Assembly (NCBI GenBank): GCA_050950765.1
Contig: JBMNIF010000002.1
Span: 384,001-448,000 of the forward strand
Direction: 5' to 3'
DNA length: 64,000 nt
Source of the DNA: Bdellovibrionota bacterium
Lineage (GTDB): Bacteria > Bdellovibrionota_C > UBA2361 > JAAYZI01
Below the pieces are notes generated by a model. The model did no database searches. It saw only the letters and a list, made by a program, of their open reading frames with translations, and was not told the DNA's origin. Of the stretch, positions 8,901 to 18,182 are shown piece by piece; position 1 is the stretch's first letter, and every line of letters starts with the position of its first letter. The position numbers were made by a program, and so were the translations under genes.

Positions 8901-11131
8901 GCCGGTGTAGTGGTGGAGAGGGTACTTGTAATAATAATATAGCTGAAAACTTAGAAACGGGGCAACGTAAAGTCTTAGATCCGACTAGTGGTGTTTGCCG
9001 ATGTCAAAACAACTTAAAAGAGGATCCGACAACACATATCTGCAGTTGTGATAATAACCTGTTTGGAATATCAGGATCTAAAAATCAGTTAAAACTAAGT
9101 GGTAATTTCTGTGTTTGCGAGAACAACGGAACTCTTACTAACGGCAGTTGTAGCTGTACAGATAATCAAGTAATCGGTGCAAATAATACGTGCGTCTGTA
9201 AAGATACACTCAATACGATAGCAAACTCTCCAACTTGCACCTGTAAAAACAATCTGGTTATGGGGTCAGACGGTATCTGTACCTGTAAGGGAGACCAGAA
9301 ATTAGAGGCAGGCTCCTGTGTCTGTGAAAATCCATTGATGAAGATCGATTCTTCAAATAACTGTATCTGTGATTTATCCGGCTTAACGGACGAAGAGAAG
9401 AAAGAGCTGATTCCGTGCGGAAAAGGTGAAGTGATTAACGAAACTTTGTGCGGTTGTTCAAAAAGAGAGGCTACGGCAGGTGAAGAAGACGGTACAGGCG
9501 AGTGCCCGCCGAATACTAAACTTGCTCAAGATACTGATGGACGGTGGGTCTGTAAATGTGAAAATGAAGCTCTTACAGCAGAGGGAGAGAATTGTCTGTG
9601 TGATATAACTGAAGGTGGCGCAGCCCGTAGCAGTTATCTCGCCTGTGTTGGAGAGGCAGGAAATGAAACAGGTCGAGACTTTAACACAACCTCTTGTAAA
9701 TGTTGTACAGGTCAAGAAACATACGATCAGAACTTAAAATCTTGTATCTGCGAAGCGAGTGTAGCTGAAAGTTGTAATTATGGAGAGAAAGGTCCCTTCT
9801 CTTCCTTAAGGTGTGATTGCTGCGGCAGAAATGAAAAACTTACGGAGAATAACGATTGCACCTGTGATGAGGAAAAAATACGGGATTTTTGTCAACTTAC
9901 AGGGAAAACATACATACTAGGAAGTTGCAGCTGCGGAGAAAAGTGCGGAGTCAGTAATTTAAAGAAGCTAAACCTTGCTACAAACACCTGCGAATGCCCA
10001 AGTAACGCAAGTGCGCAGTGTGCTGAAGGGATCGCTTATAATGCAGATGCCTGCCAGTGTTGTAGCTCAAAATATCAGGAAGTAAAAAATGGTGCCTGTG
10101 TCTGTAAAGATACAGCAACTTTAAAAGCAGAGTGTGTTAATGAAGGAAAACCTATTGCAGGTTGCGGTTGCGGAGCAAGTTGTACAAACGGTAAAGTTTT
10201 AGATACCAACCCTGCAAGCACAAAATACGGAACTTGCGTTTGTGATGAGACAGCTCTTGATGCCTATTGTGCAGATCAAAAGAAACCTGTTGCGAGTTAT
10301 AATTCTTGTACTTGTCAGAACACAATTTGTTCTAATAACTTTACAGCAAGTGGAACAGGCTGCATCTGTGATACAACACAAGGAATTGCAAAAGCTGCAA
10401 AAGACAACTGCACTGGTGAATTCAGTGAAACATCATGCTCTTGCTGCGCAAATGAAAATTATGAACTTGATGATACTACCGGTCAATGCACCTGTAAAAA
10501 AGCAGGTACTCCTTGTGATGAGAACGGCTATTACAGTGATGCTTGCGACTGTAAAACGTGTCAAGGAAATGAAAAGGTAAATGAAACCTTTAGCGGCTGT
10601 GAATGTACAACTGGAACAGCTGAAGGTACAAGTCAAAGCACTGCCAACTGCGGAGAAAATCAGAGGTTTGACACCGCAACTTGCAGCTGTGTTGATTGTG
10701 GAGGTAAATACCGTTCTTCCGAAGATGGATTAAGTTGTGATGTTTGCCCGACTGCAGAAGCAAAAACACTTTGTAGCGGCGCTAACTATGTACTGGATGA
10801 AAATAGCTGTAATTGCATAAGGTGTAACGAACTTCGTACTGAAGATGCTACTGGACTTAAGTGTGAATGTAAAAACAATGCAGGCGACTACTGTACAGAG
10901 AGACGTAATGGAAGTGTGCCTGACGAAGATTGTAACACCTGCATCTGTACTGAAGGTTTTATCAAAATGACAGTTTATGACCTATCTGGGAAAGCGTACG
11001 ATATCTGTGTTGATGATGACTACGCAGGGTGCATACGAGATGAGGAGGACAATATCTACAACTGTAATGGTACTGAGTATGTCTATAATACACATACTAA
11101 TTCCTTTGAAGACTACTCTCCACTTGAATAG
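5933..11131 (+). CDS. Giant TadE-like pilin fused to about 1550 aa of CxC-rich repeats (putative pilus adhesin)
   Basis: QHG|AVLVEFALGGLLFFTLIFSMID prepilin N-terminus with NAAQQALELA; from about residue 186 to the end a CxC motif recurs every 15-25 aa. Confidence 0.85.
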   Translation: MVKTDSNHQQHGAVLVEFALGGLLFFTLIFSMIDLSVFFYNRSAMRNAAQQALELASVIEGLDVAESIDQSGNIQRDYKYADEKIIQKAEELLSSFKLGSLRIRSNSNETINFRGEEKPLGIYLDVPGGDTIAERNTRLDSEPIKITILAKYKASTPFLPELPIVVTEAAYRELRTKSNLPVALDCKGNPITDLSKAPTTCPCTESSDPNAVLTTGSTSCSCQVNGKSISNYKYDPVTKSCGCYGGNGLLNGDVCICALKEDGSDCTEDNQYLDGANCSCKQKECKGSNQVVEKNSGKCLCGITSGDCKEDYRLVKTTLEDGIQCNCEPCGENAHRYGFKNEDDDTENDDGETDEGLFNTCVCDAPETCGDDMIMLPYNKNKQDGATIGCLCQSCHGGKRGDVDKDGIANECDCSGVTCASGEWKDPETCACIACSTNSNAKMEAPEGATSAEDCTCQSYTVCPNNQKMDASCICTSCGTNKHRYGTKDSEKEEKKFNTCVCDPYTKCGKNQTMDKNCNCKDCGSHATRAKDSNSCVCINDITNPNQYTPSVNGGCACNTTDSNIEYKNCTGSGSYFNTKTCRCESCGVTNSTRKDPQAETNGVKSDNVYSCSGEECGCICLSGNEISNGSCGCNDISTYNCGKSGNGNWFCEKDCSCKSSNISDYNCSCAIDKSHCTNKSYPYFDEINCECSSACPDQHNCECALTEAICGGDFDPNKCQCCGKYAHYDETSESCVCDTNYSGTNPYSSCECSRECNAAGGYYREDLNCSCQKCGKFEVVTQSKDACECRYDNDPSTRKGAAPDNLCNTGQEFDYEHCTCTCPPDTDETWSEAECNAIGAIYNYDTCDCQRPEGNHDSEKSCVGADCCVGEEVYINDKCVCEDKDKKAAACKNNGRTFSEELCSCGGGGGGGTCGVWTEAQHNAKRQACNEAGKMYSASSCSCYSCRYNQSFTNNNGVYSCQCNLESKTVKDRRQVCENNGGTFDTTYCRCSGGEGTCNNNIAENLETGQRKVLDPTSGVCRCQNNLKEDPTTHICSCDNNLFGISGSKNQLKLSGNFCVCENNGTLTNGSCSCTDNQVIGANNTCVCKDTLNTIANSPTCTCKNNLVMGSDGICTCKGDQKLEAGSCVCENPLMKIDSSNNCICDLSGLTDEEKKELIPCGKGEVINETLCGCSKREATAGEEDGTGECPPNTKLAQDTDGRWVCKCENEALTAEGENCLCDITEGGAARSSYLACVGEAGNETGRDFNTTSCKCCTGQETYDQNLKSCICEASVAESCNYGEKGPFSSLRCDCCGRNEKLTENNDCTCDEEKIRDFCQLTGKTYILGSCSCGEKCGVSNLKKLNLATNTCECPSNASAQCAEGIAYNADACQCCSSKYQEVKNGACVCKDTATLKAECVNEGKPIAGCGCGASCTNGKVLDTNPASTKYGTCVCDETALDAYCADQKKPVASYNSCTCQNTICSNNFTASGTGCICDTTQGIAKAAKDNCTGEFSETSCSCCANENYELDDTTGQCTCKKAGTPCDENGYYSDACDCKTCQGNEKVNETFSGCECTTGTAEGTSQSTANCGENQRFDTATCSCVDCGGKYRSSEDGLSCDVCPTAEAKTLCSGANYVLDENSCNCIRCNELRTEDATGLKCECKNNAGDYCTERRNGSVPDEDCNTCICTEGFIKMTVYDLSGKAYDICVDDDYAGCIRDEEDNIYNCNGTEYVYNTHTNSFEDYSPLE

Positions 11132-11159
11132 TAACCATTAAACTACAAAGGTTATACTT

Positions 11160-13112
11160 ATGAAAAGAGAAAGAGATAACGGTGGTTTTTTGGTAACATT
11201 TGCTATCCTACTTCCGATCGTAATAGGGTTTGTAGCTTTTGCGATAGACCTTAGTATCGGGATGGAATCAGGGAGACAAGCTAGAGACTTTACTAAACTA
11301 GCCACCTTAAAAGCTCTTGAAGGGTACTACGCTTGTAGCGCCTCCTCTTGTCCGACCCATGATGACAGGATGAAAGCTGCTAGAAGAGGGGCTCAAAGCA
11401 TTTTAAACAGCTTAGAAAACGAGACTGTCGGAAAAAACAGCGAGCGGATTGTTGACGCAAAAGCAGAGCTCAGCACCAGTCCTGATGCCCAATTTAGATT
11501 AAAAGCAGGGTGTTGGACCACTGCTGGTTTTGCAGAACGTGGAACCAGTAATTGTAGTGAAGAGCATAATCCAGGGGCGATGCAGATTGAGGGTAAATAT
11601 CCCTTTGTAACGGAAGCTATTTTCGGTAAGATCTTCGGGAAAGACCACTATGCACAATATGTGCGGGTGACTTCACAAGTTATACCACGCCATATCTACT
11701 TCTTAGTTGATGCTTCTGGATCTGTTGTAAGAGACAACTTTAAAACAGAGCGGTATGAAGATTTCGCCTACTACGATCAAGCTGTAACAGGGGGAGAGGG
11801 GCTACCCACTCATACATTTTGGTATAATTCCAAGCTTCAGAAATGTGATAAAGAAACTCCTTCAGAAAATGATGCTATCTGTAAAGAGATGTATGTAGCA
11901 AAAGCTATCCTTAACGATACCGATTATGATGAAGCTCTATACCCCCACCATCCGAATCCAAGTAGATATCCGACAGGAGTAAATTCAGGCGGACATCAAG
12001 TGTATAGAATCAATAAGATAGTCTCTCCTCAACCTTTAACCGATATCTTTGCTGGAGTTAATAAGGCTATCCACACAATTAACGATCATAAAATTGCAGG
12101 CGATAGGGTCGGCGTTATCTTTTTTACAAATAAGATATCTTGGCCAAGAATGACTAACTTAACTGATGATTTAGATTATTTAGAGAGATTTACAGACTTT
12201 ACTACTAATAAAAACATCTTAGATGATACAAAAGAGATAAAGCCTAACGGCGAAGAGACCTTAAAAATCAGTACGGAAGGACAACCTGCCGTAGAAGTTT
12301 CTCAAATATTACCCTCAACAGGTTTTGAGAAAGCTATCCGTCACGGACTTTTCCCGGTAGAGCCACCCGCTTTTACAAATATTAAGGAAGCTTTAACGGC
12401 AGCATTAGATCAATTTGATAAAAATGATGATGGAAGTGATGTAGCTCGCTCCGTTATCCTTTTTTCTGACGGTATTCAGAATTGTGCTAAGGATCCTTGT
12501 AGTGGAGGCAAATTCTGTGGCAATACGTATCAATGTTATATACAAGGTATGCCTGAACTACGAAATATCGTTATGGCACGTATGACAGGAGAAAATCTGA
12601 TTCCGTTTCATATGTTTCCTATCGGAAACAGTGTTGAACCGCACACAAAGATCATCTTAAAGAAAGAAGGGGGGTGTTACACAGATTCCAATTTTAGAAT
12701 AGAAACCGATAGTAGTATCAAAAAAGATTCACTGGGCTTCGTTTTAGGCTCAACCGATGGAAGTGGCAATTCTTGTCGTATTCAAAATACTTATAGTACA
12801 GATCCAACTTGTAGCGCTGCTTTTAAAAATGATGGATTTCATCAACCACTTCAAGACCTCTATGAGTTAGCTGTCGCTACGCAAGGAGTTTGGGCACCTC
12901 TTCGTCCACAAGGAACGGGAACGAACTGTTCAAAGAGCACGGATCAAAGTTGTATTGACGATAGCGGTAATAAGAGAGAGATTCGTGTACACGACCCGTT
13001 ATGTCGTACATACGCCGAGCAGATTGACGATTATATGCAAGAGATCGTCGGTATAAATCCATTTCGTGTTGTTGAAACCGTTAAGATCCCTGAAGATATG
13101 AATAAATATTAA
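11160..13112 (+). CDS. TadG-like pilin with a vWA (MIDAS) domain
   Basis: NGG|FLVTFAILLPIVIGFVAFAIDL; FLVDASGSV (DxSxS), DRVGVIFF, TNIKEAL, VILFSDG. Confidence 0.85.
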   Translation: MKRERDNGGFLVTFAILLPIVIGFVAFAIDLSIGMESGRQARDFTKLATLKALEGYYACSASSCPTHDDRMKAARRGAQSILNSLENETVGKNSERIVDAKAELSTSPDAQFRLKAGCWTTAGFAERGTSNCSEEHNPGAMQIEGKYPFVTEAIFGKIFGKDHYAQYVRVTSQVIPRHIYFLVDASGSVVRDNFKTERYEDFAYYDQAVTGGEGLPTHTFWYNSKLQKCDKETPSENDAICKEMYVAKAILNDTDYDEALYPHHPNPSRYPTGVNSGGHQVYRINKIVSPQPLTDIFAGVNKAIHTINDHKIAGDRVGVIFFTNKISWPRMTNLTDDLDYLERFTDFTTNKNILDDTKEIKPNGEETLKISTEGQPAVEVSQILPSTGFEKAIRHGLFPVEPPAFTNIKEALTAALDQFDKNDDGSDVARSVILFSDGIQNCAKDPCSGGKFCGNTYQCYIQGMPELRNIVMARMTGENLIPFHMFPIGNSVEPHTKIILKKEGGCYTDSNFRIETDSSIKKDSLGFVLGSTDGSGNSCRIQNTYSTDPTCSAAFKNDGFHQPLQDLYELAVATQGVWAPLRPQGTGTNCSKSTDQSCIDDSGNKREIRVHDPLCRTYAEQIDDYMQEIVGINPFRVVETVKIPEDMNKY

Positions 13113-13121
13113 GATATAACC

Positions 13122-14189
13122 ATGTCTAAAAAACTTACTTTCTTCCTATTTGCCTCATCCTTTGTTATTGCTCTCGGATTCATTGCGCTAATCTCCTTTA
13201 ACAACGAACGTCTTGAGTTACAAGTTATTCTCCCGAAAAGTGCACAAGAAATTCCCCTACAATTATCTCACTTTGAAAAATCACACCGTAACGTTCGTTT
13301 TCAGATCAGATATATAGCAGACACTGAATTTAAAAGAGAGTTACACGATCTACCCATTAAAGCAGATATCGTATTCCTACCTTCAAAGCAGTGGCTAAAA
13401 TTTACTGATAGCAACAGTTACGTTAAATACAGAAACTCCATTTTAACCTCACCAACCGTTATCTTAATGAATAAGAAACACGCTAAAAAATATGCAAGCA
13501 AACGTGTTAAACTTAACGCTAAAAAATTTATGCGAGGTGTAACTCTAAAAAGCTTAACCTTCTCCATGCCAAGTCCGAAGAGCTCTGCTCTCGGTATGGC
13601 GACCTTCTTCGGCTTTATTGAAGCTCTTGTGCAAGATAAAACACTCCGTCCCCAACAAACAGTACCGGAAGGAACCTCCTCAACAAAGGAACGTATCCTC
13701 TCCCCTTATGAAGTGTTGTCACTAAAGAAAGTTCAAAACTTTCTTCAAAGCATAGATATAAATGATACAGACAATCTACTTGCAGCTTTAGAAAACAACA
13801 CTTACGATGGTGTTGTTACAACGGAGCAGCAAGCTGCTCTACTTAATAAAAGACTAAAAGCAGAGAAGAAAGAAAGTTTCGCCATCTTATATTTTAAAGA
13901 GGCCGATCTCGCCTTTAATCTTACTTTAGGTTTTATTGATAAAGGTGATCCTGAAAAGGAAAACGTCTTTAACGAGTTACGCACCTTTTTAACCTCACCT
14001 GAAGTTCAAAATAACTTTTCACACGAACTTTATCGCACCCGACTAGGAGATAACTACGACCCTAAAGATTGGCAAGGGCTTCTTCCCCATTGGCACCCCT
14101 ACACAGAGTGCCCCTTTGGTCACTCAAAAATTGTAAAACTTATAGCCTCCTTCCAAGAGATTAGAAAAGAAGTAGGTGGGGCTGAATAA
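13122..14189 (+). CDS. Membrane-anchored substrate-binding-fold protein (vWA-associated type)
   Basis: N-terminal TM; ADIVFLPS, SILTSPTVILM, FSMPSPKSSALG, YDGVVTTEQ, FLTSPEVQ resemble SBP-like proteins; 9-bp gap after the TadG-like gene. Confidence 0.6.
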   Translation: MSKKLTFFLFASSFVIALGFIALISFNNERLELQVILPKSAQEIPLQLSHFEKSHRNVRFQIRYIADTEFKRELHDLPIKADIVFLPSKQWLKFTDSNSYVKYRNSILTSPTVILMNKKHAKKYASKRVKLNAKKFMRGVTLKSLTFSMPSPKSSALGMATFFGFIEALVQDKTLRPQQTVPEGTSSTKERILSPYEVLSLKKVQNFLQSIDINDTDNLLAALENNTYDGVVTTEQQAALLNKRLKAEKKESFAILYFKEADLAFNLTLGFIDKGDPEKENVFNELRTFLTSPEVQNNFSHELYRTRLGDNYDPKDWQGLLPHWHPYTECPFGHSKIVKLIASFQEIRKEVGGAE

Positions 14190-14339
14190 GGTGCTTTTCA
14201 CCACCCCTTAGAGTATCAAGATCGGGCTAGGTGGCTGCCACCCTACCTAAATCTTAAATTTGCATTTCGTTATATTATCAAGCATCCTTTAATATGTCAT
14301 AAAGTGATAAAAACATCAGGGTGCTGTTTTATAAAAACT

Positions 14340-15308
14340 ATGATCTACGAATCAACACAGGAAAATATCCAAAAAGCTGCTGAATTAATAAAATGCGGAG
14401 AGGTTGTTGCCTTTCCGACAGAGACAGTTTACGGGCTTGCTGCTAATGCTCTTAACCCTCAAGCAGTGCAAAAGATCTTCGACTTAAAAGAACGACCTAA
14501 TTTCAACCCACTTATTGTACACCTCCTTACAGTGGAACAGATTGAAGAGGTTTCAACTTATAAAAACTCCCCCCGTTTAGTTGAATTATTAGAAAAGGTG
14601 CAGAGATTCTGGCCAGGACCGTTATCAGTAATTTTACCAAAAAGAGAAGAGATCCCCTCCGTTGTGACAGGTGGGCTAGAAACCGTCGCTATTAGAATTC
14701 CCTCACACCCTATCGCCCGTTCTTTTATTAAGGCTTGCGCCTGCCCCATCGCTGCGCCAAGTGCTAATAAGTTTACCCATATCAGCCCAACCAAAGCAGA
14801 GCATGTACAGGATAGCCTTGGCGATCAAGTTTTTATCCTTGATGGCGGTTCAACTCCAGTTGGACTTGAAAGTACCGTTATCTCGCTAGTGCCAAATCCA
14901 CCGCAACTACTACGTCCTGGCTTTGTTACCTTTGAAGAGTTGCAAGCGGTACTTAATGATATCGAACACGGAGAAAAAGTTTCTCTACGACCTCCTTCTC
15001 CCGGTATGTTAAAACGGCACTATGCGCCGAATACTCCGTTAATGTTGAGGGGCTCCACCTCTTTAAAAAACTTACCGAAAAATTGCGGACTAGTTTCATT
15101 TAAAAAATCAGAAGAAGATCTCCACCTCTTTAAAGAAGTTATCACACTTAGTGAAAACAGTGACCTTGAAGAGGTCTCATCAAAACTTTTTAATGCCCTA
15201 CACGAACTGGATAAAAAAGGGCTAGATCTAATTCTAATTGATTCATGCCCTGAACACGGTTTAGGACTAGCAATAATGGATAGGATCTCCCGCGCAACAA
15301 AGAGATAA
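14340..15308 (+). CDS. sua5: L-threonylcarbamoyladenylate synthase, Sua5 type with C-terminal SUA5 domain
   Basis: VAFPTETVYGLAANA, KERPNFNPLIVH, FWPGPL, AAPSAN, SPGMLKRHYAP. Confidence 0.95.
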   Translation: MIYESTQENIQKAAELIKCGEVVAFPTETVYGLAANALNPQAVQKIFDLKERPNFNPLIVHLLTVEQIEEVSTYKNSPRLVELLEKVQRFWPGPLSVILPKREEIPSVVTGGLETVAIRIPSHPIARSFIKACACPIAAPSANKFTHISPTKAEHVQDSLGDQVFILDGGSTPVGLESTVISLVPNPPQLLRPGFVTFEELQAVLNDIEHGEKVSLRPPSPGMLKRHYAPNTPLMLRGSTSLKNLPKNCGLVSFKKSEEDLHLFKEVITLSENSDLEEVSSKLFNALHELDKKGLDLILIDSCPEHGLGLAIMDRISRATKR

Positions 15309-15382
15309 CGTCAAATAGACCAAGTCTACTCACAACAAGGTCTATCCATCTTTATTATCTGCTTATCTGTTTATCTGTTTTT

Positions 15383-15985
15383 TTATTTAGCTGGATCTGG
15401 CTTAGCAAGCTTCTCTTTTAATTTAAGCAATAAGCCTGAAAACTTCTCTTTCCTGATGATCCCTGCAAACTCGTTACGATAATTATTAACTAATCCGATA
15501 TTTTCAATCACAACATCGTAAACTTTCCACTCTCCATCTTTTTGAACCATGCGGTAATCGATAGGAAAGACATCACCTTTGTAAGTCACAGTTGTTTTAA
15601 CTATCGCTCTTGCTTTACTGATGCGCTCACTATTAACAGCTACAACATCACGTTCAATGCTATCGATTCTATCAAGATACGTTTTAGCTAAAAGCTCAGA
15701 AAATACCTCAATAAACTCCTGTCGCTCTGCTTCCGTTAAATCCTTCCAATACCGACTTAAAGAGCTTTTTGACATCTCAGCAAAATTAAACCGTGCTGTA
15801 ATAACAGTGCGCATCTCTTCTCTACGTTTGGCGGCATTAGCCTGACCTGGTAAAGTTTCAACTACCTGTACAAGTTTATCAATCGTCGATTGAATAATCG
15901 CCTTAGGAGTTTCTGCTAAAACAGTAGATCCTGAAAAAAACAGAGCTCCTATCAAAGAAAACACTAGAAATCCTTTTTTCATCAC
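15383..15985 (-). CDS. mlaC: MlaC/Ttg2D phospholipid-binding periplasmic protein
   Basis: FNFAEMSK..W, IDYRM..WKVYDVVIENIGLVNNYRNEF; last gene of the mla operon. Confidence 0.9.
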   Translation of the reverse strand: MMKKGFLVFSLIGALFFSGSTVLAETPKAIIQSTIDKLVQVVETLPGQANAAKRREEMRTVITARFNFAEMSKSSLSRYWKDLTEAERQEFIEVFSELLAKTYLDRIDSIERDVVAVNSERISKARAIVKTTVTYKGDVFPIDYRMVQKDGEWKVYDVVIENIGLVNNYRNEFAGIIRKEKFSGLLLKLKEKLAKPDPAK

Positions 15986-16028
15986 AATTCCTTATCTTTA
16001 AAAATTATAAAATCAACTCTCTTATTGC

Positions 16029-16574
16029 CTATAATTTTTCAGAAGTAGCTTCATCCTCAGTAGCATCTTCCGACTCATTATCTCCAGAAAAATTGTGCAC
16101 GATCTTTCCGATCAGATCTTCAATATCAACGACAGATTCCGTGTCCATAATCTCGTCGCCTTCTTCCAAAAACTCATCAGAACCGCCACGCGAAATCTTA
16201 ACATACTTATCGCCGATAATTCCCTTTGTTCTGATAGCAACGATATCATCAGCACGAATTTTTTCATGTCTAATACGCATCGTTACAACAGCCACAGGAT
16301 CTTCAAAAGAGATATTTATAACCTCTCCGATCTTAACTCCCGCCGCCTCAACAGAAGCCCCTTTTTCTAAGCCGGAGATATTATCAAAACGAGCTTCTAC
16401 AAGATACGAATCGCCGTGTCCGAAGATCTCTAACCCGCCAAGATTCACAGACAGATACGCTGCCGCCGCTAAAGACACTAGAGCAAACAGCCCCACGAAA
16501 AACTCCATACTAAAACTGCGCTTCGGCAATACAACCTCAACACTCTCTTTTTTATTGGATTCTGATTGGTCCAT
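16029..16574 (-). CDS. mlaD: MlaD MCE-domain protein
   Basis: EFFVGLF TM, FDNISGLEKGASVEAAGVKIGEV, IRTKGIIGDKYV. Confidence 0.92.
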   Translation of the reverse strand: MDQSESNKKESVEVVLPKRSFSMEFFVGLFALVSLAAAAYLSVNLGGLEIFGHGDSYLVEARFDNISGLEKGASVEAAGVKIGEVINISFEDPVAVVTMRIRHEKIRADDIVAIRTKGIIGDKYVKISRGGSDEFLEEGDEIMDTESVVDIEDLIGKIVHNFSGDNESEDATEDEATSEKL

Positions 16575-17310
16575 TTACATCACCTTTTAAAAATTGCCGC
16601 ACGGCAGGATTGCTCGATGCCGAGATTTCAGCAGGCGCACCTTGCTCAACCAACTCCCCGTTAAGCAACATGGCGACCCGATCCGAAACCTGAAAAACCT
16701 CCGGAATCTCATGACTAACCACCACACCGGCAAACTTCCACTTCTTACGACACTCGTTTATCAAATCATAAACTTCTTGTCCGACCAAGGGATCAAGTCC
16801 CGTATTCGGCTCATCAAACAAAAAAACAGACGGCTCTGTAATTAAAGCACGTGCCATCCCAACCCTTTTTCTAATTCCGATCGATATCTCTTGCGGATAA
16901 CGTGCAGCATATGTCGTTAAACTTAACGATTTCAACATCTCCTTTACACGATCATACGCCTCATCTCGTTTCATATTCAAACGGTGAAAAAGAGGAAATG
17001 CTACATTCTCAAAAACAGTTAAAGAATCAAAGAGAGCAGCTGACTGAAAAAGAACACCTAAGCAAGCGCGGATCTGATTTTTTTCTGTTTCACTCTTCGC
17101 ATCTTCTATATTTTTACCGTATATCAAGATCTCTCCCTGATCTGGTTGCAGGATCCCGATAATTAATTTAAGCAAAACACTTTTCCCAACACCACTCGGC
17201 CCAACCACAGCGGTAGTCTTTCCTGGCTCTATCTCTAAACTGACATTATTCAAAACAACCTGCTTTCCAAACCGTTTTGAAACATTACGTACAGAAATCG
17301 GGTTCATCAC
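16552..17310 (-). CDS. mlaF: MlaF ABC ATPase
   Basis: GPSGVGKS, LFQSAALFDSLTV, FLFDEPNTGLDP, NPAVRQFL. Confidence 0.92.
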   Translation of the reverse strand: MMNPISVRNVSKRFGKQVVLNNVSLEIEPGKTTAVVGPSGVGKSVLLKLIIGILQPDQGEILIYGKNIEDAKSETEKNQIRACLGVLFQSAALFDSLTVFENVAFPLFHRLNMKRDEAYDRVKEMLKSLSLTTYAARYPQEISIGIRKRVGMARALITEPSVFLFDEPNTGLDPLVGQEVYDLINECRKKWKFAGVVVSHEIPEVFQVSDRVAMLLNGELVEQGAPAEISASSNPAVRQFLKGDVNGPIRIQ

Positions 17311-18107
17311 TAATCCATAAAAACGGTGGTTAAAATCGTCGTTAAGAAGTAATCCACCACAAGCACTGCCACAGAAGAGGTCACAACCGAACTCGTTGTA
17401 GCCTTATTTACTCCAACAGAACCAAAGCCACATGTGTATCCCTTATAACAACTGACCCAGCCAAAGATAAAACCGAAAACCAACGCCTTAATAATTCCAG
17501 AATGAACATCAAGTAACGTCACAGCAGCAACCATCTGAGCTACAAAAGTTCCACCACTTAGTCCCAACAACCCGACAGCAACCACATAACCACCACCGAT
17601 CCCAACCACAATAAAGATACAGGTTAAAAGCGGCATCGCAATAATACCCGCCAAAAGACGGGGAGCCATTAAATATTTAATCGGATCAACTGCCATTGAA
17701 CGCAAGGCATCAATCTGCTCCGTAATACGCATAATTCCGATCTCTGCCGTCATAGCAGAACCGGCACGTCCAACCACCATTAACGCTGTCAAAACAGGGC
17801 CCAACTCACGAATTAAACTTAACGCTACGGCAGAACCAACATAGGCGGTAGCTCCAAATTGAGAGAGGGTATACTCCCCCTGCACAGCCAACACCGCTCC
17901 CGTAAAGAGACCTATTAAAGAGATAACAAGGGTGGAGAGTGCCCCAACTTGATAAAGTTGTCTTAATAATAACTGAAAATTATACGGAGGAGTGAGTATA
18001 CCGATTATCGTATGAAACACGAACACAACCGACTTGCCCCAACGCTCCAGAAAAGAGATTAAAGATCCCCCCAATTTTTCAACCGCCGCAACTGCACTCA
18101 TAGACAT
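17310..18107 (-). CDS. mlaE: MlaE ABC permease
   Basis: RELGPVLTALMVVGRAGSAMTAEIGIMRITEQIDAL. Confidence 0.95.
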   Translation of the reverse strand: MSMSAVAAVEKLGGSLISFLERWGKSVVFVFHTIIGILTPPYNFQLLLRQLYQVGALSTLVISLIGLFTGAVLAVQGEYTLSQFGATAYVGSAVALSLIRELGPVLTALMVVGRAGSAMTAEIGIMRITEQIDALRSMAVDPIKYLMAPRLLAGIIAMPLLTCIFIVVGIGGGYVVAVGLLGLSGGTFVAQMVAAVTLLDVHSGIIKALVFGFIFGWVSCYKGYTCGFGSVGVNKATTSSVVTSSVAVLVVDYFLTTILTTVFMD

Positions 18108-18182
18108 TACCTAATCAATAACAAAAAACGGGTCTGAGACACGCTCATCCCCTTTCGCGCAAAAACACCGCCACTCTTAAAC

